From positions 299,641 through 363,640 of the forward strand of contig JBMORT010000006.1 of the NCBI GenBank assembly GCA_049319825.1: 64,000 nucleotides of DNA. The letters are read 5' to 3'. The notes beneath the pieces are model-generated. The model was not told the origin of the DNA. It did not search any database and saw only the letters and a program-made list of their open reading frames with translations. Below, piece after piece: positions 52,666-62,648 of this stretch. Source of the DNA: Patescibacteria group bacterium. Lineage in GTDB: Bacteria > Patescibacteriota > Patescibacteriia > UBA11705 > DATKZF01. The position numbers and the translations under genes were made by a program. Positions within the stretch are counted from its first letter, which is position 1. Each line of letters begins with the position of its first letter.

Positions 52666-53262
52666 ATGGCAAAACCGTGTGGAAATGAGATTTTCAGTAT
52701 AATTGTAAATGCTGTCCTCGAGGCGGGCGGCAATGATGAGGATTTGCGGAGAATTCTCAAAGAGCCGGAATTGGCAAAGAAGATTGCCGAACTGATCGTC
52801 CAAAAAAGAAATCCTACCACTGAAGTCTTTAGAGTAGCAGTTGACTACAGCATGTCGCTGGATGAGATGATCGCTGCCGGTCACTACGACTGGATGAACA
52901 GCGACATCACTGCCAAGCACTTCCCAGTCTCGGGTGGAGGCCAGCGAGAGGTTGAATTGGAACTGGTCCATTTGAACAGAGAGGCCAGCACAGCGTATGT
53001 TCTGGAAGAGTTGGAGCGACGAGGCCTACGCCCCGCCAAGATCGCGGAACTGCTGGCTTTGGGTGCCAATCATCCTGAGCTTCAGAAGCAATTCCCGATC
53101 ATTGCTTTCGGCTCGGTTTGGCGCGATCCAAGCGGTCTTCACTACCTGCCTTTTCTGCGTGGGCGAAGTGACGAGCGCGACCTGGACCTCTACGACTACG
53201 ACTTTCACTGGCCTTTCAAGTGTCGGTTCCTGGCCGTCCGCGAGGAGGCGGATAGTCAGTAA
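52666..53262 (+). CDS. Hypothetical protein with a C-terminal R-x-L-x-L..W..RFLAVR motif (lectin-fold/DGR-target-like)
   Basis: GAGGAG SD; TTGACA..TACAAT promoter 52592-52619; terminator hairpin near 53271-53304. Confidence 0.7.
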   Translation: MAKPCGNEIFSIIVNAVLEAGGNDEDLRRILKEPELAKKIAELIVQKRNPTTEVFRVAVDYSMSLDEMIAAGHYDWMNSDITAKHFPVSGGGQREVELELVHLNREASTAYVLEELERRGLRPAKIAELLALGANHPELQKQFPIIAFGSVWRDPSGLHYLPFLRGRSDERDLDLYDYDFHWPFKCRFLAVREEADSQ

Positions 53263-53314
53263 AATAAAATAAGCCGCTTTTCGACTCATTAAGAAGCGGT
53301 TTTTGTTTCCTTTT

Positions 53315-53910
53315 CGGTCATTTCGATCGGAGGGCCGACAAAAGAGGCCCTGAGTGCAGAAATTTTTTTAATACCTTCCTCCACTATCGGTCATTTCGAC
53401 CAAGCCCGGAGGGCGCGTGGAGAAATCCCTTTTTAAAAACCCTCAGCCAGATCTTTCCATCCCGGATTATCCATTGAAATAAGTATTTCTTTTTTATCTC
53501 TTCTCCATCGTTTGATTTGTTTTTCCCGGGCGATGGCATCCGTGGGGTTATCAAAGACTTCGTAGTGAACTAATTTGTGCCATTGGTATCTTTTGGTGAA
53601 ACATTCATTGATATCATTTTTATGTTCGCTAACTCTTCTTTCAATATCATTTGTCATGCCGATGTATAGTGTTCCGCTTTCGCTGGCCATGATGTAGGTG
53701 TAGTAGTCGTTGGGCATAGTTTTTGAAAATATTATTACGAAGGGATTTCTCCATTCCGCTCCCCCTCGACTCCGCTCGGGGTCGCTCCAGTCGAAATGAC
53801 CGGTTGGGACTTCGCTCCGCTCAGTCGGCGACCTGTCCTGAGCCGTGTCGAGCGAATGCAGGAATCCAGGAAAAATCATCTGGACACCTGCCTGCGCAGG
53901 TGTGACATCG
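53315..53910. mobile_element. GIY-YIG module with CGGTCATTTCGA..GAGAAATCCCTT inverted ends
   Basis: Left units 53315-53363 and 53388-53431; right unit 53740-53802; further palindromes to 53910. Confidence 0.7.
53433..53717 (-). CDS. GIY-YIG nuclease family protein
   Basis: YTYIMASESGTLYIGMTNDIERRVSEHK..AIAREKQIKRWRRDKK; paralog of the 20936 gene; start moved to MPNDYY. Confidence 0.93.
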   Translation of the reverse strand: MPNDYYTYIMASESGTLYIGMTNDIERRVSEHKNDINECFTKRYQWHKLVHYEVFDNPTDAIAREKQIKRWRRDKKEILISMDNPGWKDLAEGF

Positions 53911-53914
53911 TTTT

Positions 53915-54751
53915 TTATTTATTTCGATGCAGCTTCAGCACGTTTTCCAAAAGCATGGCCACGGTCATCGGCCCGACGCCGCCCGGGACAGGGGAGATGA
54001 AGCTCGTTTTTTCGCAGACATCGAAGAAATTAACATCGCCCACGGTCTCGCCGTCCACCTGATTTATTCCCACATCAATTACTATGGCGCCTTCTTTTAT
54101 CATGTCTTTGGTCACAAACTCCGGCTGGCCGATGGCCACGATCAAAATATCAGCCTCAGCTGGCAGCTTTGGCATGTCTTTGTGGGTAGTAGCGATCGCT
54201 TGTACATCATTATCCTTGCCCAAAAGATAATCAAGCGGCTCGGAAAACAGCTTGGAATTGCAGAGTATGACGACTTTTTTATTTTTCAACTCTTGGCCGG
54301 TCGCTTTCAGCAGCTCGAGAATTCCTAGGGCGGCCGGGGAAATTATAAAGGGCTTGCCCGATCGCAGCTTTTTTAAGTTTTCCGGGTGAAAGCCGTCAAC
54401 GTCTTTTTTCGGATCGATGGCCGAAATGATTTTATCCTCATTTAAGCTTGCCGGCAGGGGAAGCTGGACTAAAATCCCGTCAATTTCAGGATCAGCATTT
54501 AAAAATTCGATTGCTTCGATAATATCCTTGTCTTTATAATCGCCCTCGAAAAAATATTTGTGAAAACTTATGCCCGTATATTCGCAAGCTTTCCTTTTTA
54601 GCCTGACATATTGCGCGGATGCCGGATCATTGCCGATTAAAATGGCAGCCAGACCGGGCTTGTCTGACATTTCGCGCACCCGGCTCCTGATTTCATCTTT
54701 GAATTTTTGGGCAATGACTTTGCCGTCAATTATTCTTGAACAGTTTTTCAT
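53915..54751 (-). CDS. folD: Methylenetetrahydrofolate dehydrogenase/cyclohydrolase
   Basis: IIDGK, DGILVQLPLP, KDVDGFHP, DVGIN, PVPGGVGPMT. Confidence 0.97.
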   Translation of the reverse strand: MKNCSRIIDGKVIAQKFKDEIRSRVREMSDKPGLAAILIGNDPASAQYVRLKRKACEYTGISFHKYFFEGDYKDKDIIEAIEFLNADPEIDGILVQLPLPASLNEDKIISAIDPKKDVDGFHPENLKKLRSGKPFIISPAALGILELLKATGQELKNKKVVILCNSKLFSEPLDYLLGKDNDVQAIATTHKDMPKLPAEADILIVAIGQPEFVTKDMIKEGAIVIDVGINQVDGETVGDVNFFDVCEKTSFISPVPGGVGPMTVAMLLENVLKLHRNK

Positions 54752-54823
54752 ATTAAAAAGTTATTAAGATTGACACAGCCATTTTACTGCAGTAAAATTT
54801 AATTAAGAAAAATAATTGTAAAT

Positions 54824-55131
54824 ATTTCTGATAATAATGAAGTCACAACCAATGAATTAATGGAGTTTCTGCAGGAAAACATGGCGACTAAAGCGGATTT
54901 GGAAGAGCTTCGAATGGCGACCAAAGCGGATTTAGGTATATTGAAACATGAGATATTTGATCACCTGGATGAAAAGATGGCTGATCAGCGAGGTGATTTG
55001 GTTTTTTAATGCGCAAAGAAGACACAAAAATGCTTAGACTGTGCGAAATGCTCAAAGAAAAGGAAATTCTCGCCGATGAGGAGATTAAAGAAATTTTGGG
55101 CATGGAACCTTTTCCCAAGCTGATGTTGTAA
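54824..55131 (+). pseudogene. Degraded coiled-coil protein with ATKADL repeats
   Basis: TTGACA-17-TAAAAT promoter (54770-54798). ..ELMEFLQENMATKADLEELRMATKADL..RGDLVF, frameshift in a T6 run (55002-55007), then LMRKEDTK..MEPFPKLML*. Confidence 0.7.
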
Positions 55132-55170
55132 TTTATTCACGCAAAAGTTTATCCATCAGATGGACTTTTT

Positions 55171-56469
55171 TTATTTGCCGGAAATCAGTTCGGTGTAAAT
55201 CGGATATTTCGACACCAATTCTCGCACCGTATCTTTGGTTTCTTTTTGGATTTTGGCATCATCAATATTTTTAATGATTTTGGCAATGGCTTGGCCAATC
55301 AATTTCATTTCATATTCTTTCATGCCGCGGCTGGTCAAGGCCGGAGTGCCTAATCTCAAGCCTGACGGATCGGTCGGAGGACGTCGGTCAAACGGAATGA
55401 CGTTTTTATTGGTATAAATGCCGGCTGAATCCAACACGGTCTCGACCTGCTTGCCGGAAACAGATTCATTTTTCAAATTGATCAAAATCAGATGATTGTC
55501 AGTGCCGCCGGAAACCAGCTCAATGCCCTCGGCCAATAGCGACTCGGCCAGCGACCGGGCGTTGGCGATCACTTGTTTTTGGTAAACGATAAATTCCGGT
55601 TCCAAGGCTTCTTTGAACGCCACCGCTTTGGCGGCGATCACATGCTCAAGCGGTCCTCCTTGAAGACCGGGAAAAACGGCCGAATCGATCATTTGCGCCA
55701 AGTCTTTTTTTGAATCCGGGTGGTATTTGTCATGGAGTCTGTCCGATTTTTTATTGAGTATGATTGCTCCTCTCGGTCCGCGCAATGTTTTATGCGTGGT
55801 GGTGGTCACAACATCGGCGAACGCGACCGGATCGGGATGGAGTTTGGCCGCCACTAATCCGGCGATGTGCGCCATGTCCACCATCAGATAAGCGCCGACT
55901 TCTTTGGCAATATCAAAGAATGCGGCAAAGTCGATTAGGCGCGGATATGCTGACGCGCCGGCTAAGATTAGTTTCGGCTGCTCGCGCCTGGCGATTTCTC
56001 GGATTTGATTATAATCGATTCGTTCAGTCTCCGGATCGACTCCGTAGCCGGATACATTATAAAATTTTCCGGAAAAATTCACTTTATGTCCGTGCGTCAA
56101 ATGTCCGCCGGCGGCCAGATCCATGGCCAGTATTTTGTCTCCGTGTTCGAGTAAGGCGAAGTAAGCGGCCAGATTAGCCGGCGAGCCGGCATGCGGCTGG
56201 ACATTGGCATGTTCAGCGCCAAAAAGCTGCTTGGCGCGATCAATGGCCAGCTGCTCGATTTGGTCAATGTATTCATTGCCACCGTAGTATCGTTTTTGCG
56301 GATAGCCTTCGGAATATTTATTAGTTAGCGGAGATCCGAGAGCTTCCAGCACGGCCATGGAAACAATATTTTCAGAAGCAATCATTTCCAGACCATTGTT
56401 TTGCCGATTAATTTCATTTTTTATCAGGTCGTAGACTTGCTGGTCGCTTTGTTTTAGGTGGTTGAACAT
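55171..56469 (-). CDS. glyA: Serine hydroxymethyltransferase
   Basis: [34 protein letters not shown]. Confidence 0.98.
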   Translation of the reverse strand: MFNHLKQSDQQVYDLIKNEINRQNNGLEMIASENIVSMAVLEALGSPLTNKYSEGYPQKRYYGGNEYIDQIEQLAIDRAKQLFGAEHANVQPHAGSPANLAAYFALLEHGDKILAMDLAAGGHLTHGHKVNFSGKFYNVSGYGVDPETERIDYNQIREIARREQPKLILAGASAYPRLIDFAAFFDIAKEVGAYLMVDMAHIAGLVAAKLHPDPVAFADVVTTTTHKTLRGPRGAIILNKKSDRLHDKYHPDSKKDLAQMIDSAVFPGLQGGPLEHVIAAKAVAFKEALEPEFIVYQKQVIANARSLAESLLAEGIELVSGGTDNHLILINLKNESVSGKQVETVLDSAGIYTNKNVIPFDRRPPTDPSGLRLGTPALTSRGMKEYEMKLIGQAIAKIIKNIDDAKIQKETKDTVRELVSKYPIYTELISGK

Positions 56470-56852
56470 AATTGTTGATTGTTAATTGCCACTTTCCCAA
56501 AGGGAAGCCTTCGGTTCGTGACAAGATTGGCAAGGATTGATTGTTATAAGAAAGACGCTGGGCGAGACACGAGATACGCAAGGCAATAGGCAAAAGCCTG
56601 ACTTGATCGTCGTTGAAGGGGCAATAGTCCATAGTAACGTACTACTGCCTACCTGCCTGCCGGTCAGGCAGGCTGCCTCTTGCCTACTGCCTCATAACCT
56701 TCCATGACTTAATACTATCAAAAAAATAGATTTCTTCAAACTTATTCACATATTCTCCTCATTTTTTCTTTTCCATCTCCGTGGTATGTTTTATAATGTA
56801 AAATGGGGAAAATAAAGATAAAAACCAAAACAAAAAGCAAATCGGAGGATTC

Positions 56853-57563
56853 ATGACGGATTTGTCAGCCGCCAGCAGAAAAGAGCTCATCCAAGAGATT
56901 TCTGGGTTGCGTGACAGGATCGGTCGGCTCGAATCCATATTGAAAGCCATTGATTTTCCTGAGGTATTGATCGAATATTGGGATGATACCATCGGTTCAT
57001 TTTTGGCGGTCATGCAAATCATCGATCCCACTACCGCGGATCATCAAAAATGCGTATCCAAACTGGCTCGTCAAATCGCGCTTACCATGAATCTGTCAGC
57101 GGGCATTGTTACTTCCTGCCAGATGAGCGGTTTGACTCATGATATCGGCAAGTTAGCGGTGCCGACCAGATTTCTGACCAAACCAAATACGCTTGATCCT
57201 CATGAATTCAATTGCATCGTTCAGCATACGGTTGCCGGACATCAAATTTTGCGAGGCATCAAATGGCCTTGGCCCGTGGCCAATGTCGCCTTGCAGCATC
57301 ATGAAAAGATGGATGGCAGCGGGTATCCGCACAAATTGAAAGGCGAGCAAGCCTGTCTCGAGGCTCGGATCGTGGCCGTGGCCGATGTGGTGCACGCGAT
57401 GTGTTCGCGACGTCCATACCGCGAAGCCATGAGTTTGCAGCAGGCTTTCGATGAGATTTCAACGCAAGCTGGCATAAGGCTTTATCAGCCCGCGGTTCAT
57501 GCATGCCTTCATGCATTCAAGGATGGCTTCAGTTTTGGTCAATTATCTTCAAATCCCAATTAA
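56853..57563 (+). CDS. Stand-alone HD-GYP domain protein (cyclic-dinucleotide phosphodiesterase family)
   Basis: HDIGK, HHEKMDGSGYP, VADV..AM..RPYR; GGAGG SD. Confidence 0.9.
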   Translation: MTDLSAASRKELIQEISGLRDRIGRLESILKAIDFPEVLIEYWDDTIGSFLAVMQIIDPTTADHQKCVSKLARQIALTMNLSAGIVTSCQMSGLTHDIGKLAVPTRFLTKPNTLDPHEFNCIVQHTVAGHQILRGIKWPWPVANVALQHHEKMDGSGYPHKLKGEQACLEARIVAVADVVHAMCSRRPYREAMSLQQAFDEISTQAGIRLYQPAVHACLHAFKDGFSFGQLSSNPN

Positions 57564-57660
57564 CCCATGGCTTACAGTCATGGGCTTTTCTTTTATTGAC
57601 ATATATCTTTTCACGGGGTAAAGTGAATTATCGCCAGTTCTTTAATTTAGGGGGAAAATC

Positions 57661-58608
57661 GTGAGTGAAGAAAGCCCAGAGCAGCAACTGCGACTGACGA
57701 TTCGGAAATTGCAAGAAATGGCCTTTTCATTACGCGATTTTGACAACCGTATCAATAATGGGTTGAGCGCCATCGGCCGAGTCGATCAACGAGCGGCTTT
57801 GTTGTTAACGGCTCAGCTGGAAATTCCATTCAGCATACATAAGCTTTTTACCGTGGCTCCAAATCAAATGGTGTCTTTATTGCTTAAGGTCATTCAGATT
57901 TTAACCGATAATTTCGACGCTCTTATTGCCATGCAACAAAATTTGGAGAAAAACGATCAATCGATTGTGCGGCCCGGTGCTTTTGAGGAAATATCATCCG
58001 CTAATTGTCGCCGGACTCCCACGGTGGTTATCGGCAATGACAGGCGCCCTAATATCGCTCACCGGCCGACGGTGGTGATGTCCAAGCTGAATCCGTGCGA
58101 CCTGCCGCCCGTAAGCCAAGTAAGCCAACGACCAAATCCGCCTGGATCGGGGCAGGCCGGGAAAACTCAATTCGGCATGGCTGCGGTCAAGATGCCTGAT
58201 TCATCTTCCTGTTTGATCACGAATGATTCGTCAGCGAACGATAAGCCTGATTGGCAATGGTTTGAGTCGTTTGATTGCGATAGATGGGTTTCCACTATTC
58301 ATCCTCGGCAGGTGGTGGCCTTAATGATGTATTTTGCCGGACCGTCTCGAAGCTGGACGGCAAGCGATTTGCTTGCGGAAATGAACAAATCTCCTTTTCC
58401 GTTTAACAGCATCTCTCCCACGAGATTAAAAATGATGCTCATTCGGTGGAATAAATTTGTTCCCGGAGAAAATGCGGTCATATTGTACCAAAAGACCCAA
58501 AACGTGATTGGCGGAGAACTGGCTTATGTGCTTTCCGCGGAAGGAATTTTTACTGTAAAACTTTTAATAAATGAAAAAAAATCCCAGTTGAATGCGGAGA
58601 AAAAATAA
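57661..58608 (+). CDS. Hypothetical protein (coiled N-terminus, possible C-terminal winged helix)
   Basis: TTGACA-17-TAAAGT promoter (57596-57624), GGGGG SD, GTG start, terminator downstream. Confidence 0.6.
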   Translation: MSEESPEQQLRLTIRKLQEMAFSLRDFDNRINNGLSAIGRVDQRAALLLTAQLEIPFSIHKLFTVAPNQMVSLLLKVIQILTDNFDALIAMQQNLEKNDQSIVRPGAFEEISSANCRRTPTVVIGNDRRPNIAHRPTVVMSKLNPCDLPPVSQVSQRPNPPGSGQAGKTQFGMAAVKMPDSSSCLITNDSSANDKPDWQWFESFDCDRWVSTIHPRQVVALMMYFAGPSRSWTASDLLAEMNKSPFPFNSISPTRLKMMLIRWNKFVPGENAVILYQKTQNVIGGELAYVLSAEGIFTVKLLINEKKSQLNAEKK

Positions 58609-58854
58609 AAGACGACTGCACGAGGTCGCCTTTTTAAATTTAAATACGAAACACGACGGGCAATAGGCGATAGTAACGCGTCAAGCTACTGCCTACCTGC
58701 CTGCCGGTCAGGCAGGCTGCCGCTGGCCTGCCAGCCGCCCTGTCCACCGAAGCCGCAGCGAAGGTGGAAGCTGTTGCGAAGGCTGGCCTACTGCCTAAAT
58801 ATCGTTTTTCGACTTTGTTTAGCGGTTATCGAATTATAACCTACAACCTACCGC

Positions 58855-59427
58855 CTATTCCGCGCAATCGGACAGCATGTCAGCAGGGAAGCCGTATTCT
58901 GACAAATTGCAGGGGATTTGGCCATTGCCATCGAAAACTATTTGCCACTCGCCATTGACTTTCGCCGCTAAAAATATGCCGCCCTCGCCGCCCGGCTCGA
59001 ACGTCACTCCGCCGCGCGCGTGATCAGCTGTTTCTTTTTCCACGCGGACTGTGACAGTATCCGCGTATTTCGGATATTTTTCAGTGAATAACTGTTGGAT
59101 TGAATCTTGTGCTGATTCCGCCATTGGAATCAATCCGGTGCAGCGCCAGTTAATTTCCGCTGTTTTGGTCTCTTCCGAGACAACGCAGGCCGGATTGCAG
59201 CCTTCTTTTGAGACATTTAAATTGGCGTCAAACCACCAGGTCTTGGTGTTTTCATTATAATATCCCGGTTCGAGCGATTCGCCGCCTTTGATGCAAGTTT
59301 TTTCAGCAATGGCTCGGGCTTCAGGCTCGGTTAAACTGCTCTGGGCTGTCGGAGCTTGAAAATACGAGCAGCCGGTTAAAACTAGCGCAATGGCGCAGAC
59401 GAGGATGAGAAGGTGTGTTTTTTTCAT
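58855..59427 (-). CDS. Lipoprotein, disulfide-rich
   Basis: LTGC lipobox; YYNENTKTWWFD..GCNPACVV..AEINWRCTG; WQIVFDGNG..C. Confidence 0.8.
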   Translation of the reverse strand: MKKTHLLILVCAIALVLTGCSYFQAPTAQSSLTEPEARAIAEKTCIKGGESLEPGYYNENTKTWWFDANLNVSKEGCNPACVVSEETKTAEINWRCTGLIPMAESAQDSIQQLFTEKYPKYADTVTVRVEKETADHARGGVTFEPGGEGGIFLAAKVNGEWQIVFDGNGQIPCNLSEYGFPADMLSDCAE

Positions 59428-59556
59428 AAATTTGTATTAATTTTTTTCATTTGTTATTGGCTTCATGTTTTATATCGCGGCTCATGTTGGATGCACCGTC
59501 AAATCATCATTCTAAGCTTCATCCCACACCAATTATACAAAATCCGCCCTCAATTT

Positions 59557-59610
59557 GCAATAAAAAACGACCATTTTGGCCGTATTGATTTATTGGATTG
59601 TCAGCGCACC
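59557..59610. repeat. Direct repeat copy 1 (terminator-like hairpin + TTTATTGGATTGTCAGCG)
   Basis: Matches 60609-60664; 18 bp identical. Confidence 0.8.
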
Positions 59611-59669
59611 GACTAAAAGATCAAAAAACCGGAAGGTTTCAATGTTTTAGGCAATGTTGAACCTGCCGG

Positions 59670-60482
59670 TTAGTAATAACTCCTTTTTTTCTTTGCGCGC
59701 CCACGAGTATGCCGTAAGCGAGGCGGTGGAGCTGTCTTAAATGCTTCTTCGAACGTGATGCCGTTACGCTTTGCGTACTGGTACAGGTACATCTGATCGG
59801 CGTTGCAGAGCGCTTCACCGTTGGGACCTCGACGGTGTGGTTTTTCCCACGTTTGACACCACGACATGGCGCACAATTCCGGTGTGCCAGGGGCGGTGAC
59901 GATACCCTTAATGGCGTCCACCGCGAGGGCTGTCCAGTCACGACCATTGTAGCGTCGGGACGTGAGCAGTTTGAGGTAGGAGCGGCAGGAGCCGCAAGCA
60001 TGCACGTTCTCCCTCACGATCGTCGATTTGTCGGGAACCACTTCTTCGTCGCACCACGGCAGACAGCACGGAACAGTTTTAGGTGGTTCGGGCTTCCAGT
60101 TTTTCGGCTTCATTCGCTTGAAGGCCTCTTCGATCGAGATGCCATCCCTCACCGAGTGTTCCCATGCCAACTGGTAGCACGGGGTGCACACGTGCAGAAG
60201 ACCGATTGTCCGACGAATTTTCGGGCCGGCACCCTCGGGCAGTGCCACACCGCAGTTTTCCCTCGCACATGTCGTCGCGATGCGAGGCAGGGGGCGTTGC
60301 GGCTCAGGCGCGCCGTTCCTAAGGATTTCTTCCTTCGGGGTCCCCGTTTTTTTTTCGAGCTCCCAGATGCGTTGGTAGCATCCGCGGCAAAGCTCGACGC
60401 CGTCGATTTTCCGCGGTGCTTTGCCGGCAACGCGAGCCGACGGTTTAGTGCACCCTGGAGCGCCACATATTTTGTTCATCAT
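59670..60482 (-). CDS. Protein with four tandem Cys-rich (treble-clef-like) zinc modules
   Basis: CxxxxC..CxxCY repeated; GISIEEAFK/GITFEEAFK helices; GGAGG SD; GC-rich. Confidence 0.7.
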   Translation of the reverse strand: MMNKICGAPGCTKPSARVAGKAPRKIDGVELCRGCYQRIWELEKKTGTPKEEILRNGAPEPQRPLPRIATTCARENCGVALPEGAGPKIRRTIGLLHVCTPCYQLAWEHSVRDGISIEEAFKRMKPKNWKPEPPKTVPCCLPWCDEEVVPDKSTIVRENVHACGSCRSYLKLLTSRRYNGRDWTALAVDAIKGIVTAPGTPELCAMSWCQTWEKPHRRGPNGEALCNADQMYLYQYAKRNGITFEEAFKTAPPPRLRHTRGRAKKKRSYY

Positions 60483-60608
60483 CTATCCTCCATTATGACG
60501 ATTACGAAATTGCGACAATTATTTGTATCATGTTTTTATTGGGATTGTCAATGTTAAAAATATCTCGCTTGAATATAGGGCGGAACATTATATTTTCCCT
60601 TCCCCGGG

Positions 60609-60664
60609 GCAATAAAAAAACGGCCTTTCGGCCGTTTTGAGTTTATTGGATTGTCAGCGTCACC
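60609..60664. repeat. Direct repeat copy 2
   Basis: GCAATAAAAAAACGGCC..GGCCGT..TTTATTGGATTGTCAGCG. Confidence 0.8.
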
Positions 60665-60711
60665 TCCCCAAAAAATAAAATTCTAAAAAAGTTTTAATGC
60701 TTGCGTAACTG

Positions 60712-61242
60712 TTAAAATTTTAGTTCTTTAATGGAATCAAGATCGATACCGTATTTTTTATAAACATCGATGGTGTTCATTGAGGTGATTCGGGAAGGAT
60801 TAAATCCGATTCGCTCGGCCATGCTTTCAACCTCAGCGGCTGAGCCGGCTTCGATTTCAAGATATGGAGGAATTTGCGGCCAGGAATCAATGTCGATTTC
60901 AATGTTATCCAAGATGTAGCGCGTCCGTTTGTTTTCCTGGTAGCTTTTGACAAAATATCCGAGTTTTTCCATTAGCAGATTGGTTTTCTCAAAGTCATCA
61001 ACAATTATTTCAAGTTCCCGCGTCCCATCTATTCTGTCGTTTTGAATTTCTTTGACAGTCAAAGTCGTCTTTTCGCCATCAGTCCTCAGTCTGATCCAGG
61101 AATTGTCTTTTTTGGGATTAAAATCATAAATGTATCTTCTTTGCATTTTTTCGCTGACTTTATCGGCTCCCAACTTATTGAGTTTGTCGATGACTTCATC
61201 AATATTGATTTCGAGTATTTTAACTTCGTATTCGGTTGTCAT
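60712..61242 (-). CDS. CYTH domain protein (class IV adenylate cyclase-like)
   Basis: EYEVK, WIRLR, LTVK, QENKR, YLEIE; start moved to MTTEYEVK. Confidence 0.9.
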   Translation of the reverse strand: MTTEYEVKILEINIDEVIDKLNKLGADKVSEKMQRRYIYDFNPKKDNSWIRLRTDGEKTTLTVKEIQNDRIDGTRELEIIVDDFEKTNLLMEKLGYFVKSYQENKRTRYILDNIEIDIDSWPQIPPYLEIEAGSAAEVESMAERIGFNPSRITSMNTIDVYKKYGIDLDSIKELKF

Positions 61243-61256
61243 AAATAATATAAATA

Positions 61257-61410
61257 ATTTAACATATCTGGATGAACAAGTTTTCCGGAAAAAGTAGAAG
61301 AAAAATTTGGGTAAAGCCCGAGCCGAGCCCCGAACCGCATACGCTGTGTTATACGCCCCGACGACCGAAGGGAGGAGAGCGCAGCGGGGCGAGGAGCGTA
61401 GCGAAGCGAG
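61257..61410 (+). repeat. Structured linker 1 (degenerate attC-like site ATTTAAC..GTTATAC plus AGCGCAGCG module)
   Basis: About 135 bp closely similar to 62822-62956. Confidence 0.8.
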
Positions 61411-61427
61411 TTGATTTAGAGGCACGG

Positions 61428-61682
61428 TTATCTAAAACTTGGCTTCCAGCTCATATTCATATATTTGTCACCACGCTTTAATTCATCGAGCATTTGATTC
61501 AAACGCTTTTGCTTAGTTTCTTCACGTTTTGCGCGAGTGATCCAACCAATGTAATCATTTCTTTGGTATGGTGGACGTATATTGTAAGCGTTCATTAGCT
61601 TATTTTTTTCGAGCGCATCTTTTACAAATGCGGGCATTGGATAGCGTGGCCTTGTAAGACGAGATGGTTGTTTGTTTATCAT
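61428..61682 (-). CDS. YdeI/OmpD-associated family protein
   Basis: MPAFVKDAL..RPPYQRNDYIGWITRAKREETKQKRLNQMLDEL..G..YMNM.W. Confidence 0.88.
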   Translation of the reverse strand: MINKQPSRLTRPRYPMPAFVKDALEKNKLMNAYNIRPPYQRNDYIGWITRAKREETKQKRLNQMLDELKRGDKYMNMSWKPSFR

Positions 61683-61738
61683 AAGATTATGAGCTTAGCA
61701 AAATTTAAAAGTTTTTCCATTAAGTGCCTCTAAATCAA

Positions 61739-62150
61739 TTGCGTACAATGTGCTGCGGCTCATGCGAAGGGACGCCGCGCCGTAGGCGCGAAGCGTACTT
61801 TCGCATAGCTGGCTGCTCGGCGAAGTCGCGAAGCGAAGCGAGCGAAGAAGCGAAACAGCGGCGGAGCCGCAGCACATTGCACAAAATAGCGAGCGAAGCG
61901 AGCGATTTTGTGCAACGTTTAAGAATAAAAGAAGTCCCGCGCCGACTAAAAGCGTAAAACTTATTTTATTCTCAAGACTTGTTAAATGGCATTAACTCTA
62001 TTATATCACAGAACTAAGGCGTGGGATTTGGGAAAATGCCGAGCCGAGGCATTTTCCTTTTATTCTTTGTTAGGCGAGGGTTTGATTTCCTTCCTAAATA
62101 TAAAAAATATAAAAGTAAAAAAGAAATCAAAAGCGCAGCGTCCCCTTGAG
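61739..62150 (+). repeat. Structured linker 2: two attC-like sites (61743-61821, 61910-62075)
   Basis: GTACAAT..GCGGCTCATGCGAA..TTCGCATAGC; GTGCAAC..AAGAATAAAAG..CTTTTATTCTT-T-GTTAGGC. Confidence 0.75.
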
Positions 62151-62167
62151 TTCTGTCTGCTAAAAAT

Positions 62168-62620
62168 TTAAAAACCGTGCTCGCTATAAAACACACCATC
62201 CCTAATACATTCTAATGCCTGTTTAATATATGGAATAGTGTTTTTTGGAATCTTGTCAAAGGAAAACCAACTTAAATCATCGCACTTATGCGGCTCCATA
62301 TTTTTTAACTCGCCACTCCAATCATCAGCTTTAACAAAGACATCCAATCTTTCCCTTGCACCAACATCATTAAAAATAACTTGGCGATCCATAACATGAA
62401 CGACTTGCAAATCATTTGGATTTAAAATTATCCCCGCTTCTTCCTTTGCTTCACGAGCCATTGCTTGTCGAAAAGTTTCCTGACCATCAAGATGACCAGC
62501 AACTAAACTATAATTTCCATCTTCGTATCCAGTATTATAACGCCTCAACATTAAAAATTTTTCATCTTTCACTAACACAAGATAAGAAGCGGGGGTAATT
62601 TTAAATCTTTCCTTTGACAT
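62168..62620 (-). CDS. NUDIX hydrolase
   Basis: AGHLDGQETFRQAMAREAKEEAGI Nudix box; EPHKC. Confidence 0.95.
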   Translation of the reverse strand: MSKERFKITPASYLVLVKDEKFLMLRRYNTGYEDGNYSLVAGHLDGQETFRQAMAREAKEEAGIILNPNDLQVVHVMDRQVIFNDVGARERLDVFVKADDWSGELKNMEPHKCDDLSWFSFDKIPKNTIPYIKQALECIRDGVFYSEHGF

Positions 62621-62648
62621 ATGGTTTTTAAATTTTTAGCAGACAGAA

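Noticed and set aside
61910-61987. Shorter attC ending at GTTAAAT (61981)
   Set aside because: Pairing with 62057-62075 is perfect and matches the architecture of 62801-62900, so the longer site was preferred.
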